Assembly (NCBI GenBank): GCA_049889215.1
Contig: JBMHDV010000004.1
Coordinates: forward strand, 30,828 to 94,827
Origin: Candidatus Marinamargulisbacteria bacterium
GTDB lineage: Bacteria > Margulisbacteria > Marinamargulisbacteria > UBA817
DNA: 64,000 nucleotides
Direction: 5' to 3'
The notes under the pieces: model-generated
What the model saw: the letters and a program-made list of their open reading frames with translations, nothing else
Told to the model about the DNA's origin: nothing
The model's database searches: none
Position numbers and translations under genes: made by a program
Shown: piece by piece, positions 1 through 10,300 of the stretch
How positions within the stretch are numbered: position 1 is the stretch's first letter
Layout of the letters: every line of letters begins with the position of its first letter

Positions 1-1673
1 TGTCCAGGCAATAATGTTGTATCAGTATCCTGGGCATCTATCGAAATCCAATCATTATGATATAGTTGCAAGCCATCGGATTCAGAAAATTGGATGGTTC
101 CGTTTTCTATAGCCCCAGATTGAACCGATTGTTGAATTGTAATTCCACCAGAAACCGTTAATTGGGCATTACTTTCTAACGTACCAATCGACACAGGACC
201 ATCAGAATAATTAATACCAGACCGAGTTGAACCAGCAAAAATTTGTTCCCATAAGTCTTGACCTAAAATTACATCTGTAAGATAACGACCATCACCAACA
301 AATTGTCTCGCTTTTACATTCCCTGACACAGACAAAAGATGATCTGCAGCAGGAGCGCGGTTAATCCCCATACCTCGCTTTGATTGCATCATCATGGTAT
401 AGTTTCTCGTCACGACCAGTGGTTGTGAACCATCAGAATAAAGAAATACTGAATTCGCGGTTACTTGAACATCGTTTCCAATAACAATATTTTTCTGACC
501 TGTAACATTATGATTTGTCCCCATAATCAAATTATAACTACCGTTCACAAAATGACGTCGTCCAAACATTGTGCCTAGGTAGCCGTCAACAGTATTATTT
601 TCGCCACCCAACACAACATTATATTCCCCGGCAACATCATGCGTTCGCCCACCAAAAACCACCGACCACTCTCCATCCACATAATGATCAAAGCCACCAG
701 CAACAACATTGTTCATATTATGAATCTCATGTGCCTGCCCACCAATAATAACAGAGGCATTGGATTGTAAATCAATACGATGATCTTCACCTCCAAGAGC
801 AGACGCATAATCAGACTTAACAACAATATCTTCTCCGAATCCCATTGAAAAGCGACCAATATCAACACTCTTAACTAAACTTGAAAAAACACCAGAACGA
901 AAGGCACTTCGATTTGGATCCCATAATAATACTGAACCTGAAGGTATATTATAACTAGGCAAAACATTCGAGCCATCCGATCTAAAAATAGCATTACCAT
1001 TCACATGAAGCCTTGCCAAAGGATTGGTTGTATGAATTCCAACATTACCTGTATTGCTTACAAAAACAACATCTTTAAAAGTACCATCTTCCGAATTAAG
1101 TGAATGACCATCATTAAAGCCTGGGCCTGTCAAATTTGTTAGTAAAGAACCATCTCCAACGAAATACTTTGCATAAATATCACCATGAACAGCTAATGAT
1201 GCGTTACTCGTAGCATTTTGAATAACCATACGGTTATTCAAGTAATCCAACTGGATTAAGTCATCATCATTAAATTGACGGGTTTGGTTTGACTGCTCTG
1301 CAAGAACAGAGAATGGCATATACTCAAACGGAATATCCACATAATCATTTAAAACAAGTACTCTAAGCTTTAAATCCTGATTAGATAAAATAGTTACCCA
1401 ATCCAAATTTGGATCTCGAATCATGGTAGACACTTCACCTTGATCAATTTGTAATGTTTGTGACTGAGACCAGATGGGTTGACCGTTAGCATCATTGATA
1501 ACCTCAAAACGAACATTATGAGTCCCCACCAATGGGTTCATTCGATCGCCAGCTGCATCTAACGGTTGAGATAAAGTAACATTAACTTGAAACTCATGAT
1601 TGAACGTTGACTGAGACTCCCCTATAACCATCATTGAAAATATTAAGAGAAAAACCATTAAGCGTATTATCAT
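1..1673 (-). CDS. Giant fibre-like secreted protein, paralogue D (N-terminal ~557 codons only; runs off left edge)
   Basis: Absent from the ORF track because it has no stop in the window. Hand translation from ATG 1673..1671 gives MIIRLMVFLLIFSMMVIGESQS (signal peptide) and stays open to position 1. It has the family landmarks: VGIHTTNPLARLHVNGN, YFVGDGSLLTNL, a 14-15-aa GG-x-x-N/H repeat block (ALGGEDHRIDLQSNASVIIGGQAHEI...) and GTIQFSESDGLQLYHNDW..DTDT. Its ATG overlaps the TGA of the upstream gene (ATGA). Confidence 0.8.
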   Translation of the reverse strand, partial: MIIRLMVFLLIFSMMVIGESQSTFNHEFQVNVTLSQPLDAAGDRMNPLVGTHNVRFEVINDANGQPIWSQSQTLQIDQGEVSTMIRDPNLDWVTILSNQDLKLRVLVLNDYVDIPFEYMPFSVLAEQSNQTRQFNDDDLIQLDYLNNRMVIQNATSNASLAVHGDIYAKYFVGDGSLLTNLTGPGFNDGHSLNSEDGTFKDVVFVSNTGNVGIHTTNPLARLHVNGNAIFRSDGSNVLPSYNIPSGSVLLWDPNRSAFRSGVFSSLVKSVDIGRFSMGFGEDIVVKSDYASALGGEDHRIDLQSNASVIIGGQAHEIHNMNNVVAGGFDHYVDGEWSVVFGGRTHDVAGEYNVVLGGENNTVDGYLGTMFGRRHFVNGSYNLIMGTNHNVTGQKNIVIGNDVQVTANSVFLYSDGSQPLVVTRNYTMMMQSKRGMGINRAPAADHLLSVSGNVKARQFVGDGRYLTDVILGQDLWEQIFAGSTRSGINYSDGPVSIGTLESNAQLTVSGGITIQQSVQSGAIENGTIQFSESDGLQLYHNDWISIDAQDTDTTLLPG

Positions 1674-4600
1674 TCTTTCGGCTCTCCTTCCAAATATATA
1701 AATGCCAATGTGTAATACTTGGGTTGATTGCTGGCTGTATGAATATGCTTAATATCATCATGAGTATGAGACGTTTCATTAAATGAATGCTTATGCCCAC
1801 TATTCTCTTTAAGCCTTGCATCATGATCATGGTTAAGTTTAATTTGATGTTTATGCAATCCCTGATTTTTTTTAGCAACCATTGCTTCTTTTGAGCGAAC
1901 AGAACGCCAATGCGTCTCATCTGGGTATCGGTATGATGTACCGAGACAAAGGCCCCACCAACTGTCGTATAACCAACAGTATTCCTCTGCGGGATTCGTA
2001 ATATATGTGGCCTCTCCAACTTTTTTAGAATTCGCTACATTGCCAACAGCATATGAGTCATTTGAATTGATTGTACTATTATTTGCGGCAATGGTTTTTT
2101 GAGCATGGCTATGTTTTGCAGAAGAATTTTCACCATGGCTGTGCTTGGATGTATGTTCATGTTTATAATTATCACCTGCTGAGGTATCTACTGCGATATT
2201 CATGTCGCCCACTTCAGTATTAACTTTTTCACTAGCTGTTTCACCCATAATAAATTGATCACGCATGTCACATTTGTCTGTTGTTGTTGCACTTGGTGAT
2301 CCAGCACAAAGCTTCCAGCCATCCGGTAAATCTGTCAACCAACCTGACCACATGATAATACTACCTTCAGGCATATGTGTTAGAACTTTATTTTTCCGAT
2401 ATACTTTTTGGCTAACATTGACAACTGATTTAACATCAACTTTAACATTATGCGAAGGCAATGCAGCCTCTGTGTCTCGAATATTGTAGGCAATATCAAC
2501 ATTACCATCCATATCAATAGCCAAATCAGCACCTGCATTTAACATTTGCTTTTCATCAGACATAATAAATGAATTTGGCACATACTGAGAATGACCAATA
2601 ACACCAATACTTCCTGCACCAAAAACCAAACGAGAATCTCCATCCCCTGTTCCCAAAGCTTCAATCTTTAGTTTTAAATCGTTTTGGTTAATATGAACTA
2701 ACGCAGAAGCAATGCTTGGCCCGATACTAAATTGACCCAAATTATTTAACTTCAACGATGTCCCATTTAACTTTGGGCGGAACTCAAAAAATGAATCATC
2801 TTTAAAATGTAAGATACGATCTGATACCCCACTTCCATACCCAATTGTAAGGCCCGAACTATTATCAAAAAATGATAACTCTGAATTTGATTGCGAACCT
2901 GATTTATTAAAATAAAGGCCCCCATAACCAACATACGATCCATTAATCAACAAAACATCTGTATCAGCTTGAGAGTCATATTCCTCTACAAACAAACGAG
3001 ACTGAATAACAAGATCATTATTTAAACCAGAAATACTACCCAAATAGGTTGATGAATGACCAACAACCATTGCCCCTCGAACATCAATCGTCGCCTTTGG
3101 CTGAGGTGTACCAATACCAAATCTTGACTCAACCATCACAGAATTTGGAGATGCAAGAATTTCGCCAGCTATATTCGCGCCAATCACCATATTACCGCCA
3201 ACATCAAGAAAATTTTTGGCTAAACCATTAACATTTAACGCAAGTTTATTTTCTTGCGATAAACTATGATAATGGTTGTTAACGATAAAATAGATATCAG
3301 ACACTCCTTGAGCAGATTTAAAATTCATATCACCATAGGCATTAGAGGAAATAAAAGCTCGATTATTTAATGATAATTCTGCCTGGGTTTTTGCATTAAT
3401 TCGTAACACACTATCAATGTATTCACTGGGATAAAATGCCAATTGATAATCCGAGTTCATTTGATTTAAACCAGCAGACTCAGACTCAAACTGCAATTGG
3501 TTAACTTGAAATAAAGTATTGTCATCCTGAGTGGTTTGATTAACTGTCACACGAATATCTTCATTAGCAATAACATTAAAGTCATCACCATAAGGATCCA
3601 AAAAGCCAGTAACATTCAACGATGGAATGATTGCCACATTCGTTGAAGCTATACCATCAACATCTAGGTCATACTGTGGTGATGCAGTGCCAATTCCAAC
3701 ATTTTCAGTAATCACATATTCATAGTTAACTAACTCATCATTAACATAAAACACATGCTTCCACGGAAACGGAATATTCTCCATTTCAGAAATATCACCG
3801 ATCATCTTGTTAGGCTGTCCATCCTCACCAACACCAATAACTCTTAAATTACCAGAAATAAGTAAATCACCATTAATTACCCCACCATTCATTAAATCAT
3901 TATAAAATGTTAACTGGTCCATATTCCCCATGGGGTCCCCCAACGAACTAATATTCGTAGCAGTGATCGAAATATTGTTCCCAACAAAGCCAAATAAATC
4001 GATCCCATTCGGCTTGGCCTCAACAATTGGATCATCATCATCAGCATCATACTGAGTTCCAGTTATTTTAGAAAAATGGTCCGAAAAGGATACCTTTGCA
4101 ACATTATCTTGCGTACTAACAAGTTCAAAACCCGTATCATAATCAAATGTTAAAATTTGGTTTTCATTCTCAACAACTTGCTTAAATTCACTGGTAGAAT
4201 CTTGAAAAATTTTGGTGTGAACTTGCTCCTCATTTATAAATAAGCCATCTGATAAATAAGCGCCAACATTAACATAAAGTGAATTTGTAGGTGCATTTGG
4301 AACGGGAATCGAACCAATTGCTAAACGCTGATCAACCAATTGCATTTTTTGCGCCCCATTAATATCAAACCTTATTCCAGAGTCCGACTTAACGCCCGCG
4401 AGTTGGAGTGCTGAATCTTTCACCTGTAAAACAGGTACAGATTGATTCGGATTATCCTTTCCTACCACAGGCAGAAACTTTAAGGGCGAATCAACAAAAG
4501 AAACCGTACCATTCACGTTTAATGTTTGGTCTGGGTTAGCTGGCGAAAAAATATTCATTTGTTGAGGCTTAAACTCAATTGCCGATTCATTTAATGCATT

Positions 4601-7369
4601 TAGTATTGCTAATGACTCTTGGTTGTTCGCTTCGGCCTCGATTGACCACTTTGGTTGATTTAGTCGTGAGAACACCATGCTAGACGTTAACTCACGACCA
4701 GCTGTATCCAGATAAATCACTGAATCATCCGTCAAATCTTTTACAACCAAAACAGTGGGGTCATTCGATCGTATTCCAAGACCTGCAGCTGTAAATGAAA
4801 CCGCTGGAGAAGATTGTTTGTCTGGATAAAATGTCATTGAATCATATTTAACAACAACACCAGTTTTTAATTGGCCAGCTTGTGAAAAAACACCTAAGGC
4901 TTGCCCATCATCAAGAATCATACTTCCTTTCGGATGATGCAGCATGGGCTGACCTAATTTTGAAGCATTATTTGCAGAAAGAAAGAACTCACCATCAGGT
5001 GTAATTTGTAATCGTGTTTGGTCATTCAACGAATTATAACTCTTTGGCAGTATTCTCAAATTAATCGGCGAACCAGTAGCTGCATGAAATGAAATCTTAC
5101 CATCGTCATCATGCTGAATAAATGGGGCTGTTTTTTGAGACCGGAAAGCAAACGAAGACGCTGTAGGAGTGTTATCAATCAACAACTCATCAACTTGCAC
5201 CCCAGTAGGTATAACAATATCAGAAGTCCCTTCCCCTCCAAAAAAACGAAGCGTTGAATCTGGCGCAATCGTTAACAATGGCGATCGGTTATGCGTTTCA
5301 AAAATAAAGCCACCACTACTTGACTGAAACATTAGCCCATAACCAGCACTTGAAGAATCAAATCGCTCAAATGTTTGTGGCGAAGAAATGTTAAATCCAA
5401 ACAAAAGATTAGATGGCATATTTTGATACCCTGAACCAAAAAAGGAAAGTCCACGGGTTTGACTTTGATTTAAAAATTGTACACGTAGTTGATCAGGGTC
5501 CTGAACTGTTAAACGACCTAAATAATGATTCGATCTACCCAAACTAATGGCACGATCATAGTATAAGTTTGGGGCAAATTCCTGCCAATTACTTTTGAGT
5601 GAATGAATCCAATCATTACCATCAAATACCAACATCTGCTTTGATTGCACATTTTCAGTAGCAAACGTTAAGCGCTGATCAATATTAACAAATTGGGGTG
5701 ACACATTGTAAAGTGTATTGGTGTCTTGAACCAATAGAGAATGTGTTGCAATCTCTCCGTAACCAACCAAATCGCCATACTCATAACTTAATGTTCCCGG
5801 AACCGAAGATCCATCCGAAGAAAGTATAAGACCTGATTTTAAATTCACTTTATTATCCCGTTTTAAAACAGTACCCAAACCAATCGAGTACCCAGAAAGT
5901 GTCATGACATCTTTATTCAATAGCCAATATTTATCGACAAATGACACATTCGATAATTGAGAACCTCGACCATAAAAATAATCCGCTTTTACTGAGCCAC
6001 TCACAACAAGTGCTTCAGAATGGTCCATTGTATTAATCGCTACCCCATTATCCAACATCCACATGATTTGATTCGCTTGCGTAGGTTGAGCCAATTGTGT
6101 TGAAGATTGATTAATAATAAATGACTTTGAAAAATTAACCATGGCACCATCACCAATCACGGTTACACGATCTGCGTTCACTTGATTATTATTTCCAAAA
6201 ACAAACACATCTTCACCATTAACCAAATTATTGTGCCCAATAATCGTTTGATGAGAACCGGACAGTTGATTTTTGTCAGATGCTAGCAAAACTGTATAAT
6301 TTGAACTTACTTCATTATTTTGACCATTAACATTGATGACATAGCTACGTAATACAGAATCATTTTGACCACCAAGTATAACCGAATAGTTACCATCCAT
6401 GACATGGGATTGCCCACCAAGAATTGCAGAGTATTGACCACTCAATGTATGATGCTTTCCACCAAAAACACTTGAATTACGCCCAGATATGACGATGTCT
6501 TCACCAAGAGCAACACTTGCTTGAGGAAACCCTGCCTCTTCTACACTTAAGTTTCGAGTAACATACCCAGCCTTCAATGCCCCCGATATTTGATCCCATG
6601 CAAATATTGATTGTTGCTTTGGTAGCGGAAATAATAAGCCACCTGAAGCTTCAGGTGATTTCAAAAATAACGTTCGTCCAATAACATCCAGTGGCATCTT
6701 TGGCGTGTTGTGCTGAACACCCACAAATGCTTGAGCATCAACAAAAACAATATCTCTACCATACTGACACGACAAATCAGAGTTATTTGGGGCACACGTT
6801 CTTGATAGGTTAGCCTCTAAGGAATGATCATCATTTAAACCGGACCCTTTGGCATTATAAATTCGCTTTCCATCTCCAGAAAACTTGGTGGCTTTTAATT
6901 CACCATTAATCATTAGATCTGCAGAAGTTGAACTAGCCCCCCCAATACGAATTTGACGATTTAAATAATCAACATAAAACAGTTCATCGTCCATAAGTTG
7001 TAATGTTTTATCCGTCAACTTAGATAAAACAGCCAATGATACTGACGAAATGGGTAAAAATATAATATCGTCTAATAACTCTAACTTAATACGTAAGTTC
7101 GGTTGATCAAAAACCAATACATCATTTAATTGATCAACATCCAATACAATATTTACGTTCACCAAGCCATCTGCAATATGCTGATCTTGGGTTGATCTAA
7201 AATATTCATTATTTCCACCATCGATAAATGACGAAGTTATTGGAATCGATTGTGTTGTTTGCAACGGTGCTTGGGTCGCATCATCAAATACAATCACCTG
7301 ATAGGTAATCGTTTTAGAAAAACCAAAAAGTGACATAAAAGCCAATAGAAACAGAATACGCTTAATCAT
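1670..7369 (-). CDS. Giant fibre-like secreted protein, paralogue B (1899 aa) with a tail-collar-like, HxH-rich C-terminal tip
   Basis: Long uninterrupted ORF with signal peptide MIKRILFLLAFMSLFGFS. Recurrent tail-fibre-type motifs are present (VGIGTASPQYDLDVDG; FSGDGKRI; YFYGRGSQLSNV). A YadA-head/Hep_Hag-like 14-15-aa repeat block lies at aa ~285-411. The C-terminus starts with a collar-like motif (PEGSIIMWSG..LPDGWKLCAG) and ends ..PKYYTLAFIY. ATGA overlaps occur at both ends. Confidence 0.9.
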   Translation of the reverse strand: MIKRILFLLAFMSLFGFSKTITYQVIVFDDATQAPLQTTQSIPITSSFIDGGNNEYFRSTQDQHIADGLVNVNIVLDVDQLNDVLVFDQPNLRIKLELLDDIIFLPISSVSLAVLSKLTDKTLQLMDDELFYVDYLNRQIRIGGASSTSADLMINGELKATKFSGDGKRIYNAKGSGLNDDHSLEANLSRTCAPNNSDLSCQYGRDIVFVDAQAFVGVQHNTPKMPLDVIGRTLFLKSPEASGGLLFPLPKQQSIFAWDQISGALKAGYVTRNLSVEEAGFPQASVALGEDIVISGRNSSVFGGKHHTLSGQYSAILGGQSHVMDGNYSVILGGQNDSVLRSYVINVNGQNNEVSSNYTVLLASDKNQLSGSHQTIIGHNNLVNGEDVFVFGNNNQVNADRVTVIGDGAMVNFSKSFIINQSSTQLAQPTQANQIMWMLDNGVAINTMDHSEALVVSGSVKADYFYGRGSQLSNVSFVDKYWLLNKDVMTLSGYSIGLGTVLKRDNKVNLKSGLILSSDGSSVPGTLSYEYGDLVGYGEIATHSLLVQDTNTLYNVSPQFVNIDQRLTFATENVQSKQMLVFDGNDWIHSLKSNWQEFAPNLYYDRAISLGRSNHYLGRLTVQDPDQLRVQFLNQSQTRGLSFFGSGYQNMPSNLLFGFNISSPQTFERFDSSSAGYGLMFQSSSGGFIFETHNRSPLLTIAPDSTLRFFGGEGTSDIVIPTGVQVDELLIDNTPTASSFAFRSQKTAPFIQHDDDGKISFHAATGSPINLRILPKSYNSLNDQTRLQITPDGEFFLSANNASKLGQPMLHHPKGSMILDDGQALGVFSQAGQLKTGVVVKYDSMTFYPDKQSSPAVSFTAAGLGIRSNDPTVLVVKDLTDDSVIYLDTAGRELTSSMVFSRLNQPKWSIEAEANNQESLAILNALNESAIEFKPQQMNIFSPANPDQTLNVNGTVSFVDSPLKFLPVVGKDNPNQSVPVLQVKDSALQLAGVKSDSGIRFDINGAQKMQLVDQRLAIGSIPVPNAPTNSLYVNVGAYLSDGLFINEEQVHTKIFQDSTSEFKQVVENENQILTFDYDTGFELVSTQDNVAKVSFSDHFSKITGTQYDADDDDPIVEAKPNGIDLFGFVGNNISITATNISSLGDPMGNMDQLTFYNDLMNGGVINGDLLISGNLRVIGVGEDGQPNKMIGDISEMENIPFPWKHVFYVNDELVNYEYVITENVGIGTASPQYDLDVDGIASTNVAIIPSLNVTGFLDPYGDDFNVIANEDIRVTVNQTTQDDNTLFQVNQLQFESESAGLNQMNSDYQLAFYPSEYIDSVLRINAKTQAELSLNNRAFISSNAYGDMNFKSAQGVSDIYFIVNNHYHSLSQENKLALNVNGLAKNFLDVGGNMVIGANIAGEILASPNSVMVESRFGIGTPQPKATIDVRGAMVVGHSSTYLGSISGLNNDLVIQSRLFVEEYDSQADTDVLLINGSYVGYGGLYFNKSGSQSNSELSFFDNSSGLTIGYGSGVSDRILHFKDDSFFEFRPKLNGTSLKLNNLGQFSIGPSIASALVHINQNDLKLKIEALGTGDGDSRLVFGAGSIGVIGHSQYVPNSFIMSDEKQMLNAGADLAIDMDGNVDIAYNIRDTEAALPSHNVKVDVKSVVNVSQKVYRKNKVLTHMPEGSIIMWSGWLTDLPDGWKLCAGSPSATTTDKCDMRDQFIMGETASEKVNTEVGDMNIAVDTSAGDNYKHEHTSKHSHGENSSAKHSHAQKTIAANNSTINSNDSYAVGNVANSKKVGEATYITNPAEEYCWLYDSWWGLCLGTSYRYPDETHWRSVRSKEAMVAKKNQGLHKHQIKLNHDHDARLKENSGHKHSFNETSHTHDDIKHIHTASNQPKYYTLAFIYLEGEPKE
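6137..6517 (-). repeat. Coding repeat block: ~9 units of a 14-15-aa beta-roll-like repeat (S-x-I/V-L/F-G-G-x-x-N/H...) in paralogue B
   Basis: SSVFGGKHHTLSGQY / SAILGGQSHVMDGNY / SVILGGQNDSVLRSY / ..VFVFGNNNQVNADR / VTVIGDGAMV. The periodicity is read directly from the translation and resembles trimeric-autotransporter head repeats. Confidence 0.7.
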
Positions 7370-10300
7370 GATTCTGCCACCTTTATAATATACCTTACGA
7401 CCCGCGATTTTGGTCGATTATCAAAATCATGACCGTGCTCTTCTGCTGAGGTATGCGAGTGATTCGTTGTCTCAGAGCTTCCATGTAAGCTTCCATGCCC
7501 CCCACCTTCAAACGTAATGTTATCATGACTATGATTATCATTAAAACTATGATTATGTGTTATACCTGGCTTTAAAACTGTATATTCTTCAGTATCGCCA
7601 ACTTTTGATGATGCATACGCAGTGGAGCTTGCGGTGGTTTTAGAACTAACACCACCCGATGCAAAGTCAATGGTATGCTTATGCTTACCGTCATCAACGG
7701 TGTGAGAATGACCTACTGATGTATGCGAGTGGTACGTATCACTCATTCTCTGATCTTTAACTCCACCACTAACAAAGTTGTTCTGGCCATCTTTAACGTT
7801 ATAGCTTGCATTAACAGACTTCACATAGCGCCCATCCATATTGGGGCATCCATTCGATCCATTACATTCAGCCCACCCTGCAGGAATAGTACCTGAACTA
7901 TTCCAAAGGATAATGACACCAGTGGGCACTGATTGAAATTCATGAAACCCAGATGAATTTAATCGATCTGAAATAAGGTAGCTATCTGCATGCAGGTTCC
8001 CTTTAACATTCACATCAAAGTTATCGATAGGGTCTGTATTTATCCCCACCTTATTATTTTTTATAATCAATTCAGCATTTGTAAATGAAGATGAGCCTAC
8101 TTTTATTGATAACCCTTTTGAGGCTGTTCCAATAATTGCTTGATCACTACCATGTTTTAAATGAACTAACGCACTGGTCCCAGATTTAATTTCAAGCTGA
8201 ACATCACGATCTGAATCCATCACATGGAATGGTACCTGTGGCTGCCCGCCAACACCCAACCAAGCATCTGGTGATAAAATCAAATTCGGCTGCCAAGACC
8301 CGTCACGAAAGGCATTCCACGAAAATCCATTATAACTATTAAACTTGAACCCAATATCCGCTTCTAATTGTTCGATAACATCATGTTTGTTTGATGGGTT
8401 ATTCCGCTCTATTAAAAGTGAATCATCCATACCATTGCGAAGGGTTAATCGACCATTTTTAATTGATAAGTCTCCATTGGCTATAACACGTTCGTCTTGA
8501 ATCACATTGGATGTTCCAACAAACAACCTATAGCTACCATCACCATTAATAAAAACCCCTTTAGGAATTTCTTCTGAATAACGTTCACCAACAATCACAG
8601 ACCCACTCACTTCCAAATCATAAATTGGTAAAGTTGTCGCATCTAAACCAACGCCAACATTTCGGTTAACCGCTAAACTGTTGGAATGAACCTTTTCTTT
8701 AAAACCAATTGAAACATTTCCACTGACATCCAACGTATTTTTAATTTTGGAAGAAAAAATACCCAACTGACCTTGATCATTAAATTTTAAAGCCTGTTTA
8801 TTTTGATTCACATAAAGTAGAAGGTCTGAAGAAGATTGCAGTTGTAAATTTGGATTAACAAATGAAACTGGTGTTCGTGTCCCTGTATCATCATACAAAA
8901 CCCGAAATATATTTAATGATTGATCTCGACCAAGTGTGATCGATGACCCTGTTGCACCATCAAATAGAACGGATGTTTTATCAAAAGGGTTGGATTGACC
9001 AATGTCAACCAAATACGATGATGATTGTGCACCTAACAAAAACTGAGAGTCATTTTTTATTTCCAATAACCGCTCGAAAGAAGGATCGGTAAGACTATCC
9101 CCATGTCGTCCAAATAATACAGAACTTTTTCTGGAGTTAAATCCAAGTCCATGTGAAGATCTCAAATAAATATTTTCAGATCCAACTAAATTGGATACGG
9201 TAATGCCTTCCGATGCAATGGCCTCATTTATAGAACTCGTACCAACAACCTCGAGCAAAGTTGTTGGAAAATTCGTATTAATACCGATTCTACCTGATTT
9301 GTAATAAATTTCACCTTCATCATAATAGTCAGTTGGGGCATCATCTGGATCTGGAATATCGACACTATTCCGTGTAACTTGCTCCCAACGAAAAGGAATA
9401 CCTCGAAGCCCAGATGCATCCCCTTTAATTTTTTCAGTTACCACAAAATCACCCTTTATCGTTAGGTCACTACTGATTTCCCCTCCAGAGATCAAATCAT
9501 TAATCAGTTCAATTTGATCAAATGTTAATGCCCCATCCACCGACCGATCAACGATATTATTAGCACTAACAGTAATTCCCTTTCCAACAAGCCGTAATGG
9601 CGTATTACCAGTTGCCGTAAACACGGTACCATCAGGCAATTTAATCCGATTATAATAGGGTTTCGCAGCAATCTTTAACGGTGATTCTGCGGTATTTTGA
9701 CCGCTAAACTCTAACCCTGAGGCATCATTTATTTTAATTCGTTTCACCATACGAAGCGAATTATCACCAACATCATTTTTTACATCTAACGGAAATATTT
9801 TATCATCCAACGAATTATAGATATCACCATCAACAATCATTGATCCCCCAACATCAAAACCAATCGCTTGATTTAGAATCTGTGAGATTGTTTGACGCTT
9901 ATTTACTGCCACACCATTTTTACCAACTTCCAAAGCAACATTTTCTTCAGCCGTCATGACATCAATAGTATTTGATGAATCAATCACCAATTCATTAGCA
10001 TCCATAACCATTGCTGGATAAGATGTTTGACCATCAACCTCTTTAAAATATAAACCAGACTGATTCAATAAAGTAACCGGAGCTTTTATAGATAAATTAA
10101 CCGACGGTGAATCATCAAGAAAACCAATCATATTATTTTGTTGAATCTTTAGAACCGATGCATTGTTTCTTGTTAAATCCAAATCATCATCCACAGAGAG
10201 TGTCATTGCAAACGTTTCTCCATCTGAGTCAAACGAATTATCATTATTTTCATCAACCAAAAATTCAAGGCCATTAACTGAATTTTTCGCTGCATCTAAT

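Noticed and set aside
1594-2019. 141-aa minus-strand ORF in the track, spanning the junction of paralogues B and D
   Set aside because: It is out of frame with, and fully overlapped by, two long CDSs that carry family motifs. Its sequence looks like off-frame noise.
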